A stretch of DNA of 63,986 bases, the filler included, from Porpidia crustulata (lineage: Eukaryota), in NCBI GenBank assembly GCA_964255105.1. It is 4 parts of 4 records of this genome, joined end to end, with 100 filler letters (N's around TTAATTAATTAA, not from the genome) between each part and the next. Parts side by side here need not be neighbours in the genome. Positions count along the whole stretch, not along the records: positions 32,795 to 49,071 come from CAXUWE010000266.1; positions 49,172 to 63,986 come from CAXUWE010000356.1; 2 more parts are not named here. One strand, written 5' to 3'. Position numbers and translations under genes: made by a program. Of the stretch, positions 39,444 through 51,696 are shown in pieces. Each line of letters begins with the position of its first letter. Position 1 is the first letter of the stretch. The notes under the pieces are model-generated. The model did not search any database. It was not told the origin of the DNA and saw nothing but the letters and a program-made list of their open reading frames with translations.

Positions 39444-42370
39444 TCAATCGATGAATGAATTTTCTGATACTTGCCAGAAATTGTCGAAGAACCCCATCGC
39501 ATGCACTCCCGCAGCTCCCTTCCAAGCACACCTCTTACTGGTGATTACAAAATCTGGTTGGCCCACCCCAGTCATCATTGGCAACAGACGAGCAGCCTGC
39601 TGGAGTCCACGTAGATCGAACCCCCAGATAAGCAATTCCAGTCTCTCATCTGGCAATGGTCTTAGTAATATAGCCCCCAAACCCTCTTCGAAGTCATAGA
39701 CTTTCTTCATTTTGCGATTTATAGAAACGGAAAGTCCATGGTCTTGATCAACAGTGATTGGAAATTCCGCAATAGAGCACGATATCACTGCACTTCCTAG
39801 AGCTACGTTGATAATGTTGCCCTTGTGATGCACTAGCTGACCGTCCTCTTCAGTAATTTTCACGTCTGCTGCAAAGTATTGGAAGAGATTTCGAGATATC
39901 TGCAAGGCGATATCAAAAGCTTTTTCATGTGGACTGTGCACTAAGAAACGGCCGTTGGAAAATAGTAACGAATCTATGGTGCCCATCTGAGCACCGTGAC
40001 GTTGCTGTAATGATCGCCACCCTTTTTCGTTCGATATCTGATGACATGAGTGGCGAATTTGACGTTGGGGATCATGTCTCACCTCCCAAGACCCTTCATC
40101 GGACCGCAGAAACCAGAAGTCGTTGGGGCACGGGGATGTTGGCATCCTCAGCAAAGACCCATCAACTACGATCGAATCAAGCTCTTTGCCTTTCAAGTGT
40201 CGACTTGAAAAATGAAAACGAAGTATATTTGAGGTCTTGAGGCTCCAAGTCGACATTTCCGAGCTACGCTGTACCTCCATTCGGCCCAGCTGACCTGGGG
40301 TTACCAATTGATCTATGAAAATACCTCCCCGAGATCCGACGCTGGCAGGATTTGATGTGTTCATGTCAAATTTGTGTGGTAGCTCCGGATAAGTTGAGCT
40401 ACGGACAAGTATCTCATCGTAATATTTCCGAAGACACGTAGTGGTCATAACACCATCAAACCAATGGCCCTTGCCGTCTAGTTCGACATACTTTGATGGG
40501 TATCCTTGTTGGGAGATTAATTGACTAAGACGTCGAGAATGGAACGCTGGAACGTTATCGTCCGCACTTCCATGTTGCTGTAAAATCGATATACCCGCAA
40601 AGTTCGCGAGGAGTAATTCATGGCGATAGTTGGCTAGAGAGCTTTGTATCACCGAGACCAATTTTGGGTCTGCTTCGTACCAGCGCTGGTATGGAACGTA
40701 CGCTATCAACTTAGGTCATTGATCAAGAACCATCAATGATGGCATTTCATTCGGGCCGTTGGTGAGGTGAGAACGAACCTTGAATTGATGAATAACCCGA
40801 CACTGGGGCGGCTCCAATAATTTTATCGGGTCTATGGGTCAGAGCGTACCACGCCCCTTGTCCTGTGTTGTATTAGAAAGTTCAGCTCAAGAGGAGAACT
40901 TCACATGCCTCCGTTAGAATGACCGCTGACAAGCCACTTCTCAATATCGACTGATGGACCAGTCCATTTATTAATACTTATCCAATTTACGATGGTCCCT
41001 ATAGCAGCTTCGACATCGGCGAAGCCCCAACTGTCTAATTAGGTATCAGCATTAGGCTAGTCAACTAGGGTAAGGCATACGCCAATCATCACCACTCCAA
41101 GGAGTAACTCCTGTTGGAAACAATACCCATCCGCGAAGATCGGGGACCGAATCAAGCGTATGACGCACTTGTGGACTATCTGCCTCGAGGCCTGCCCCAT
41201 GCAGGCTCAGGAATACAGGTAAAGCTTGATCACAATGCAGGCCACGACTTATAGTTGGTGAAGGAGCTCTTAAGATGGCATATGAGACGATACCCCCGGG
41301 ATGAAGGAATGTAACCTTATGAGGGTCATAAATAGAACATTTTGAGAAAGTATGAGACTTCAGGCGATGGTGAAGAAGTGCCTGAGAGCTTTTCACTCTG
41401 AAGGTAATCACCAAAGATACCTTCAAAACGTCTAGGCTTGTCGCAGATAAGCGGAATGAGAGTGGTCTTGACTGTCCAGGTGCGAGCTTAAATGGAGCTT
41501 CTCCTAAGATTGCAGCATTAAAATGGTCCTTTGTGAGCATCAGCCAGCATTCGGCAGTCCTGTTGTGTTGGAGCTTACATCATTGGACGTAAGGGAATAA
41601 ATATAAATCCAATCTTCGCCTTCATTGCACACAGGTATAGAGCCCAAGTTGCTCACCAGCCTGCCTCCCACCATATCAGGCACGAGAAGTTTACCATTCA
41701 TCACTGACAAGCCACGACTAGACATCTGTGCTTCTAGATTGATGGAGATTTGCGGCTCACCAACCGCACCCATTATTCGAACGTCTCGGATGAGCCTCAA
41801 ATCTAGTCTATGTTCCCCGGGTCCAAGTTCGAGCACCAATGGCGCCCTGCGGTACGTATATAGGTCTCCACCGAAGTAAAGCTTATCATCGACCCAGAAT
41901 TCAAGTACATCGCCGGTAAAAAGTTTAATTGCTTGAGAGGAGCTGCCTTCAATGATAAGAATTCCTCGTGCCCACGCTTGATATTGGAGAGCAGCCCAGC
42001 CATATACGGATTGCATAAATCCCCAATCAATTTCTGAAAACCCGACTGTCAATTTCATCATAGCAGCTGTCTTTTTGCTTGCTGACACGTCTGCCTGATG
42101 GATCGACCATCCAACCTCGCCTTTGGTACTAAGCGAGCTATGATATCTGGCATGGACATCATACTCAAGCGAATGAAAACTCCCTTGGTGCTCAAGAGGG
42201 TCTGCTCCCCAGCTTGCCTCTGGTCCGCATCAGAATGGTAATCTTCGCGGTATCCATCTTGGGGCATCCGGCTTACCCCTTGTGCCGATTTGGAAAGGTC
42301 CAAGGACTTGCCATTGAGTCTCGAAGCTGATCATTGAATTTTCTGCGTCTGTCGAGTGCGGCACTCGCAT
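39444..42370 (-). CDS. Alpha/beta-hydrolase with peptidase S9-like catalytic domain, uncharacterised fungal family
   Basis: WQVLGPFQIGTR/EASWGADP, LSLHGAGLEAD, GHSNG/GQG nucleophile elbow, QQHGSADDNVP, GKGHWFDG (Ser-Asp-His triad). Confidence 0.85.
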
Positions 42371-43009
42371 GGTTGAATATTTTCAGCTAAGACTGATTCA
42401 ATTTGTACTCGATAATCAACATGTTTGTGAAACCAAAACGTCTCTGGTAGTTCGCAGGAAGAAAAAGGTTTGTTCTTAGAAGTTAGACTCCTCATCCTAC
42501 CTTACTCGTTCTCACCCCTCAATAGACCACACCCCTCAAGGGGCTATCTACGCATACAACATAGAGTCCTAACCCTAGGCTACGTGGCCCGTTGAGGAGT
42601 GAGAGTGCGTGATGGTGGAAGGCTGTCTTATGTAATCATGGCCAAGCCACTCGACCCTCAGCCTACCAATCACGGTTGACTCTCAACAACTTTCGACAAC
42701 CTTCAAAGCTCTTCAGATTCTCGTCAAGCTGATTGGACACTCGTTTTGTCTGCTTTACGAGTGTATATTCTCATATTTATTCTCTCCAAATAACATGAAG
42801 AGAAACGGCTTTCATCAGTGTTCCCTAGCATAGCCCACCTACGATGTCCTCGCCGTTTCCACTGCCCTTCAACACTGTCGGGCAGTCTAGCCAATTTAAC
42901 AAGGCGACGCTCGAGAACAGCGCCTGCGCAAGAGAAGTTCATTGTAGCTTAAGGAGTTCTGGATCGAAGTATACTCTACTATCGGATCTTCTATCAGTTT
43001 AGACCGAGG

Positions 43010-44739
43010 ATGAACCCGTCAAGTACTGGGCGACGACGTTCTTCGTCGACCAACAATCATGGAGAGACCTTCAAGTTTCCAGATTTCGAACAGCCGACGA
43101 CGAAGGATCTATTGGAAACGCACCATGAAGAAGCCTCTTCAGGTAGAATCTTTGCCAGGACCTCTAGCCCAAATGCTTTTAGAGAGATCAATGGCAATGC
43201 GCCGAGCGGAAGGTGGAAGACTCGACGAGATAGCCATGTAGCTTGGGGTAATGGACACATCAATGGGATAGGCAATAGGGGACATGGGCGACAGAAGAGT
43301 CTCAGTGATGCGATAAGAACCATTAGGACCCGGAAAGGGAGCGTTTCCGCAAACGCCCATGAAATTGCGGATGCGCTGAAGGCCCCAATATCATTGAAAC
43401 TCATAGTATGCACCTCACTTGCTCTCATGAGCATATTATACGCCACTGATACTCGATACAGATCCTCTGCCTTGTCTGGTACATGTCCTCTGCGCTGACA
43501 AACACCTCCTCGAAGTCCATTTTGAACGTTTTTCCTAAGCCAATAACCCTCACCCTCATTCAATTCGCCTTTGTCTCCTCATGGTGTGTCTTTTTCGCCT
43601 ACCTCGCCCACCTGTTCCCTCTCCTGGAGACCGTTATCCCAGCGCTAAAACACGGTATTCGATACCCCACGCGGGACGTTATCGCTACTACCCTCCCTCT
43701 CGCCCTCTTCCAAATCGGCGGTCATATCCTCTCCTCCACGGCTACCGAAAAGATACCCGTATCTCTTGTTCACACCATTAAAGGTCTGTCCCCGCTCTTT
43801 ACTGTTCTGGCTTACCGCTTTATCTTCCATATCCGCTATCCAAACGCAACATACCTTTCCCTCATCCCTCTCACCCTAGGAGTTGTCCTAGCCTGCAGCG
43901 TCGAGTTCTCCGGGAATCTGTTCGGCATCCTTTGCGCCTTCGGCGGCGCTCTTATCTTTGTCACCCAAAACATCTTTTCCAAAAAGCTCTTCAACGAAGC
44001 CGCTAGAGCAGAAGCAGACGGTCCCTCTCCCCAAAATCAAAAACTTGATAAACTCAATCTCCTCTGTTACTGCTCCGGTCTCGCCTTCCTCCTTACTGTG
44101 CCCATTTGGCTCTGGACCGAGGGCTTACCGCTCCTATCCTCCGCATCGCTTATGCACCCTGGGACTCTCTCCCCCATACCCGCCTCCGTTCCCAGCAGCC
44201 TCCCCCTAGAGTTCCTCTTCAACGGAATCTTCCACTTCGCCCAAAACATCCTCGCCTTCGTCCTGCTCTCGCTCGTGTCCCCCGTTACCTACAGCGTCGC
44301 TTCGCTAATAAAACGCGTCTTCGTCATCGTCGTCGCGATCGTCTGGTTCGGCTCCCGGACCACGCCGCTCCAAGCCGGCGGCATCGCTCTCACGTTCATC
44401 GGCCTGTACCTATACGACCGCACGAGCGCAACGACGAAGGCGGAAAAGCGGGCGAAGCTCGAGGGCCTGCGCATCCAAGAGCCTCTGCTTCCCGTAGCGA
44501 CGAACCAGGCCATCACCAATACCCTGTTCACCGAAACTCCCATCCAAACACCCTCCAACAACAGCTTTTTCGCACATACGAATGGTTACGTCAGCGGCGG
44601 AGAGAAGAAGGCGGATGCCGTGGGCCCTAGGAGACCGGACGAAATGAGGGGAAACCCGTGGCTGCCGCCCGGGACGAGGCAAGAGGAGACGTGGAGAATG
44701 CGGGATCTAGGGGCAGGTGAAGGGATCGTGGTGTCGTAG
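43010..44739 (+). CDS. SLY41: Triose-phosphate transporter family (SLC35E) protein, Sly41-like
   Basis: LKAPISLKLI/ILCLVWYMSSALTNTSSKSIL, FPKPITLTLIQF, IPVSLVHTIKGLSPLF, QNIFSKKL, KLDKLNLL, VSPVTYSVASLIKRV. Confidence 0.85.
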
Positions 44740-45150
44740 TTCTGCGTCGTTGTATATGATAGAGGTTTCTAGGGAGGAGTAGTTCATAATAGATAGGCTG
44801 ATGGCTCAGCTGGTGCATATGGACGGCGGAGTTTATGGATATGAGGAATGGAATCTTTATGGGGGCATGAGGGTTCTGTGGTCGAGGCAATATACCCCTT
44901 TTGGTCGGATAGACGCGCACATAAGATTTGCAAAGGTGGTGCATATTTCGATGCTCAACTTCCACAGGATCTAATTTACCACTCACCGACGGCGTGTCAC
45001 CGCCCGTACAGTTCCGCGGACATCGTGCGTAGCAAATTGCTACGGTAAATTCCTTTACCCCAGACCGCAATATCTACAAACCTGAACCACTCCTAAACGC
45101 CACTAGAAACACCCCTCATCCCCCTCACGCTTTCATCTGGACTTTCACCA

Positions 45151-47731
45151 CTATTTATACGCGCCATGCTGCACCTGCGGCGTCCCATACTCGACCTGAC
45201 TGTTCGGCTCCCCGGGTGCCAAAAAGTTTGTTTGAGCGTTCCCTGAAGCTTTTGCCGCCGAACATCTCGCCATCGTGGGAGAACTATATGGAAGAATCGT
45301 TAATCTACATGAACCGCAAAGGGCAGAACATCCACCGGATATCAACATGACTTACCTTCGTGATATAACGTCTGTGAAATAGAAATCCTCAATCACCCTT
45401 CTGAAAGGCGATCCACTCGCTTTTGCCCCCTTGTTTTGATCGACTAATTGTACTTTCTGTAATGCTGGGAGTCCTGTGCCTTCCACGACGTCGTAACGCC
45501 GCAATGCGGGGCTGATCTCCTCCATGCAATCCCTTAGGGCCTCAATATCGTCATACGGCAGCGGAACCCCGAGGTATTCACTTGCTGCCCTGATGATTTT
45601 CCAATCATCACGCGCAGCACCCGGGAGCGACGTTGCGGCGCGCGTCAGCTGTACTCGGCCTTCGGTATTGACGTACGTGGCGTGTTTCTCCGTGTAGGCG
45701 GCGCCCGGCAGGATGACATCGGCGAGTTGTGCACCTTTATCTCCATGGTGGCCTTGATAGACGACGAAGGCGTTCTTCGGTATGTCACTTTCCGTTATCT
45801 CGTCGGCACCAAGAAGCCAGATCATCTTAGGGACCGTGGCGGCGACAGCGGGAGAGGGGACGGTAAAACCGACCTCGTAAGCACCTGCGCGGGAGGCAGC
45901 GCGCTGAAGGACGTTGTAGCCTTGCCAGTCAGGAGTGAGGAAGTTGGCGGCGTTTCTATCGACAAAAGCACCGACGATTTCGAATATAGATTTTGCGTCC
46001 GGATGCTCCACGGCTGAGCTACCAACGACGATCATCGGGCGTTTTGCCGCCTGAAGCTTCCTGCCCCACGGTCCTGAGAGAGCTTTTTTCAGCGAGGCGA
46101 AATCTGCGCCCAGATGTTCGAACTCAAATGTGGATTCGAATGTTTCGCCAACGAGGGCGACCTCTAGATCGGAGCGCAGCCATTGTTTTCGTATTCGTGC
46201 ATTGAGACCAGCCGCTTCGTGACGGGGATTTGTGCCGACGAGAAGGATAGTGTCAGCTTCCTCGACACCGTAGATCTTGGAGTTGAAAAGGTAGTTCGAA
46301 CGCAGATCAATACCGTGAGCAATGGGTTGACTACCTTGTGGTTGGTCAAGAGCAAGATTGTCAGATCCGAGTTTGTTCGCAAGATGTTTCATCGCTACCA
46401 ACGTCTCCGTTTCGACGAGGTGGCCCGCTATAGCTTTGAACTCATTTCCTTTCGGTGCTATCTTTTGGAATGCGTTACCAACTTCTTGCAGAGCTTCTCC
46501 CCAAGATGCCGGCGCAAATTGGTTATCTCGGCGGACCAACGGTGTCGTGAGCCTCTGCGTTTTAAGCGCGTCGCAAGCAAACCTGGTCTTGTCATTGATC
46601 CACTCCTCATTGACATCGTCATTCAGTCTCGGGAGAATCCTCATAACTTCCAAACCACGTGCATCAACTCGGATATTCGACCCTAATCCATCGAGGACAT
46701 CAACGGACTCAAAATGCTGCAATTCCCAAGGTCTTGCTCGAAATGCATATGGCTTTGATGTAAGAGCACCGACAGGACATAAATCAATGACATTACCGGA
46801 CATTTCCGAGTCCAGTGCGGTCTCGAGGTATGTTCCGATTTGCATGTCGTTGCCTCTGCCTGTCGAACCAAGCTCTGGTGCACCTGCTACATCGTTTGCA
46901 AACCGTATACACCTCGTGCAGTGAATACACCTGTTCATAGACGTCTTGATCAAAGGTCCCATGTTCTTATCCTCTACGGCACGCTTGCCACCCATCTCAT
47001 GGAATCGGCCACGATCTGCTCCGTACCGCATTGACTGATCTTGCAAATCGCATTCTCCTCCTTGATCACAAATCGGGCAGTCGAGAGGGTGGTTGGCTAA
47101 TAAAAATTCCATCACGCCTTCGCGAGCTTTATGGGCCAAGGGAGAATCGGTCTTGACCACCATGCCAGGTTGTACGGGCCATGCGCATGATGCCACAGGT
47201 TTCGGCGCTCTCTCAACTTCAACCAAGCACATTCGGCCTAACAATCATCAGCGCCTTGGACGATCTCGCATGTTATAAGGATTCTTCACAATTTCCGGCA
47301 ATCATGAGTTTTCTAGAAGCCTTGATTTAGCTGGAAGTCATGTGAACAGTACTGTAGTGGCTTACTCGTGGTAACAATATCTTCAAAGCGGATTAGTAAA
47401 TTATTGTAGTAGGTATGCTACGGGAGGAAAGTACCTTGGTATCACAACGCCCGCCTTCTCACACGCTTGGATGAGGGCCGAACCCGCTGTAGCAAAGATT
47501 AAACGGCTGCAGTAGCCCACCACATCAATGAATGCATACCTTCTATTGATACCTTCCTTCCATCTGCGCAATGTGTCAGCAAAGTTCAATCAAAGGGCTT
47601 AGAAAGTACCAACCAACCGTTAGCTCCACCTCTGCCCGCCTCGCAGGCGTCACAAGAAATGTTCTTGCGGCATTAGGCTTCGCATACCTGCCCACTCTGG
47701 CTGCAGACCTTACAAGCTGTATCCGCAGCAT
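45151..47731 (-). CDS. nuo78: NADH:ubiquinone oxidoreductase 75/78-kDa subunit (NDUFS1/NuoG)
   Basis: Mitochondrial presequence, ALIQACEKAG..IPR/YCYHE/KLMIAGN/CRMCLVE, NHPLDCPICDQGGECDLQDQ, RCIHCTRCIRF, DLCPVGAL; several microexons. Confidence 0.97.
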
Positions 47732-49071
47732 CCTGGTGGATAGAAAAGAGAACAAAAGAAAACACAATGTCTGTGGCGAGTCTTTCGAATGTTGCACGGG
47801 TATTGACAAGTCCTTACCTCCGGGCCAGCTTTAGCGCACGATGCGTCTCACAAGCGCTTGCCGCTGCCACAACAGATCTTATTCAGATATAATATCTCGG
47901 TTACGAAATTGATTTTTCTCCATAACTCATTCGGGCACAATTTATTGTAGGATTATCTGGCGACTGTGCTTCTGTGCAAGAACTCTACCATATTTTCCTC
48001 TACAATGTGATCCAAGAGCACGAAGCTTCGAAGGCGCTGTAGCTGGAGCGAACGAGGGTTTTCCCCATGAAGTTTCTGTTCCTTACCAACGGCCGCTACA
48101 TTTCGATCTGACCGATTGGGGTGTAGAACAAAACACAAGCATATGCAGATACATTTGGAGCATCTATATAAAGCTTTACCTCTTGACTACACAGTTCCTG
48201 TATGGGTAGCATAGACAATGTTCATACTAACAAGATTTCTGAAACCCACAGCTTCTTCTATGGTAGTTCGAGACTCTTACAGTAATACCCCCCATGTGTA
48301 GAGAATCCACCGTTACCGTGATGGAATAAATATTCTAGCTACCAGAAAGCAGACTGTGTAGTCTACACAGATGAAATCGATATACTATTACATCCCTCGA
48401 TTTCCAGGCATTACACTGAAATTGAAAACTTGCCTTCCACTTGAAGATAGCGAGCAGCCATGGTTCTTATCTGCAAGGAAGTCTCCCGTCTCAGCCAATA
48501 CTAATGAAGGCTTTGCAAAACCTCACTTTACCGGCTGGAGCTTTACCAAATCTTTAGACCTTTTCTTGAAAAGAAACCTGTTGATCATAGAGGGCATAAT
48601 GACTTAGAGAATCTGAAGCTTTAAGGTACCTTAGAGACATGGCGAAATTTATATCTCAATCCACCCACGTTTCGATCGGAAACATTGAATAGATTATGTC
48701 AGAGTGCCAAGTTTTCTTGCCTCCTTTGTCTACGAAATTCAATGATCGTCATCGTGCCAATGGTAACGCCGAAATGGTCCCTCCCGGAAAGTATAGTGTT
48801 GCCTAAAGCCAGAGGAGCTTCGAGTGATGAAAAGCAACCGAATTGAATTTTAGGTTTCCCACAGCGCACGGAGCAACTATCCTGGAGCCCCTGATCTGAA
48901 TCTGTACTTCTCCCAGAGCACCATGTTAACACCATCGCTCAAATTTTGCTGCATTAGCTATGCAAAGGTAAATAAAAAGCCACAGCCAGCCAAATCCTGC
49001 TATAGAATCTCAACTTTTCCACGAATCGCCCACCTCCAATCCTCTCCCCCATCTGCTCCGTTTCTAAAGCC

Positions 49072-49171
49072 NNNNNNNNNNNNNNNNNNNNNNNNNNNNN
49101 NNNNNNNNNNNNNNNTTAATTAATTAANNNNNNNNNNNNNNNNNNNNNNNNNNNNNNNNNNNNNNNNNNNN
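49072..49171. other. Artificial contig linker
   Basis: N run + TTAATTAATTAA + N run. Confidence 0.98.
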
Positions 49172-51361
49172 TCCTTCGCCCAAGGTCAACGTTGCTTGCC
49201 ACTGTTTGTCGTGAGTGTAGATCTCCGCGGTGTACTGCTCTGGATCCACGGCAACTTGGAGAATGTGCGGCTGAAGTTGGACGTCTGGTTTTTGGAAATT
49301 TTCCATTTGATCAGGACGGAGGCTAGCTTGTGTTGACAAGGGGGGGAAAACATTACCTTTGATCTCAATCTTTTGGAGGGCGGACTTGGAACAAAAGTTG
49401 ATGATGATGTAGTCGTCGATGATGTTCCATTCTCGATACTTCCCCCCGGGTGCGAACCGGGCCGCATGCTCTGTGATGTCGATCTTGCTTCCGCATTGGA
49501 GCATCATAATGCCCCATTTCTTGTTAAGGATATGAAAGTCAACTCGTCCCTCTTCGGTATGAGAGTTTTCGGATAGAATCGGTAGGGTTTGGAGCTCATA
49601 GCTGAGAGCGCGGTACATCTCGTCTTGAAATACTGCTTCTGGAATACCCAGGCGGCCAGAGGACTGCATCGATCGTTTCTGTAAAACGGACGGACTGAAT
49701 CTTTCGATGGCATGAACGCAGGTCTCTCGAAGGAACAATTTTTCCGAGGAATGGCCTGGCTCGAGATCTGCGCAAAGACGACGATAGGCGACTCTACTTA
49801 AGTCAATAAAAGCGATTATCATGTATGAAAGGCCCTTGTACATACCTTCGGTGTATTGGGGATGCGAAGAGATACATGACATTTTCACTCCCTCGGCAGG
49901 GTCGTTCCGTATGAAGATAACCCATTCCATTGCAGAATTCGAACACCTTTGATTCCTTCTCGAGGATGTAGTCATGTGGTTCTACCGCTACCTGTCGAAG
50001 CGCGTTCACGATATCAGAGAATTTGATACCTCCAGTGTCATTGTTCCTTAGATAGGTCTTGGCAAAACCCTCAGCTTTGGTTGTTCATAGTCCTCTTCCC
50101 CATATCTCCAGCTGATCTATCAATTCGTCATGATCACAGAGAATGTTGTGGCACTGTTCGGGTGTCCATAGTAGAGAGAGTTGAGCCGCTTCAGGGAACT
50201 ATAAATATTGCGTTAGTAGGAAATTTGTCTTGGAAATATCGATCTCATACCTTCGAAACATAGAAGCTAAAATGTCGCAAGACAAATCCCACCATACCCG
50301 GGTGTCCGTCGGTAATTCCGTGAAGATATTTGTATAGATCACTCCTGAGCTGATAATCATTCGACAAGGCCCATTTCTGAACCACATTCGTCGTTTCCTC
50401 AAGCTTGAAAAGCGTACTGGCTGAACTCTTTATCCACCTTTATCAGGAATACAAAGTCACAGTGGACCTAGTGTAGATTTAGCTATATTTGCCTTATGCA
50501 CGGGTTTCCGGTGTTTGACGGACGTAAATCAATCCGCTGAACAGGGCTGATCTTGCGAGGTGTTGCGATTCGATACCTAGGAAACGACCGAGAGAGACGT
50601 TTACACCGTGTAGACAGACCAACACATACAATGGCTGGCCTCTGGCACCCTGATGCCTCAGCTCTCTACCCCAAAAAATCTTCCTCTTCGTATGATTTTT
50701 GACCTTCATCAATCAGATAGAGTGTCTTGGCTTCGGGATTGTGAGGGCGATATTTAGCATTCTTCTCTTGCCACGATGATTTTCCACATTCTAAATACTC
50801 CTTGTATGGAAGACGCTTGCGCTGATCCAGTGTTTTCCATTCAAAGTAGACTGGTTCTAGATCCCTTTGATCACGGAGAACGTGATGGTCTAGGAGCTGA
50901 AGGAAGATCGATTGGGGAGTAGCACGAATAACTACCATTCTCATAATGTCTAGCAATCGCATGACTGAGGCTACCATATCCTCCCTTGGACAAACATAGG
51001 AGCAGCCGGAGTCCCAATAAGGATTAACGTTTTCGTGCGCGTTCATCTCGTGCCCACAGCGAATGCAAGAATCGACTGGAAAATTAAAGGCTCCCTGTGA
51101 ACAGGAACAAGTCCGACAAGCCCAGTGAAGGACGGTGCTGTTAGAAAGGTCTGGCGAAGAAAGCTTTATGGCTGTTTGAGGCTGCTCACTTCTATCGGAG
51201 CTTTGGTGCTTGCGAGGTCGTTTTTGCGTCTTTTGCAAAGAGGAAGGAGCTCGTTTCACCTTGCGAGCCTTCTCGACAGTGGCAGGCTTCCTTTTTGAAT
51301 TACTAGGGGTTGTAATATGAACAGAGTTTCCAACTGTCTCGGTAGACGGCTTGGTAAACAT
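49172..51361 (-). pseudogene. Degenerate P-loop NTPase + C-terminal PD-(D/E)xK restriction-endonuclease-fold protein (Crinkler-type NTPase+REase architecture), truncated by contig end
   Basis: Cys-rich N-terminus (CRTCSC, CIRCGH), eroded Walker A (VVIRATPQSIFLQLL, no GKT), Walker B LYLIDEGQ, frameshift at the A run 50673-50678, REase motif PEAVFQDEMYRAL...GRVDFHI..KWGI...EHAARFAPGGKY. Confidence 0.65.
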
Positions 51362-51435
51362 AAATCCGCACTTTCCAAGGTGGGCAGGACACCAGATGAT
51401 CTGTGCTTCTGTGATCTAGTAATTACAGGCATGTT

Positions 51436-51551
51436 CGGTGTTCAAGAGGCTGCGACAAGCTTTCGAAGTAGAAGGAATCGGGTGTTCGATAAGCTGTCGC
51501 AAACTTTCAATTAAGAAACGGGTGTTCGGGAAGCTGTTCCAGAAGTTCAAC
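51436..51551 (+). repeat. Three imperfect direct repeats, about 40-43 bp period (core CGG(G)TGTTC..(A/G)(A/G)GCTG...TTC(A/G)A)
   Basis: cggtgttcaagaggctgcgacaagctttcgaa / cgggtgttcgataagctgtcgcaaactttcaa / cgggtgttcgggaagctgttccagaagttcaa. Confidence 0.6.
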
Positions 51552-51696
51552 GTAGAATATGATTACGTTCTTACCGCTTGATATGTTGATGTAAGGTTTT
51601 TATCTTGAGACTTTGAAATCATGTTAACTGAAATCGTGACCGACGGAAACGGGTTCAAAGAAACAAAGAAACAAAAGAAGGTACGGTTTCGGTGTA

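Noticed and set aside
42568..42580. CCTAACCCTA telomere-like motif (also near 59717)
   Set aside because: Fewer than two full TTAGGG units; not a telomere. At most a Tbf1-like site, which cannot be supported from sequence alone.
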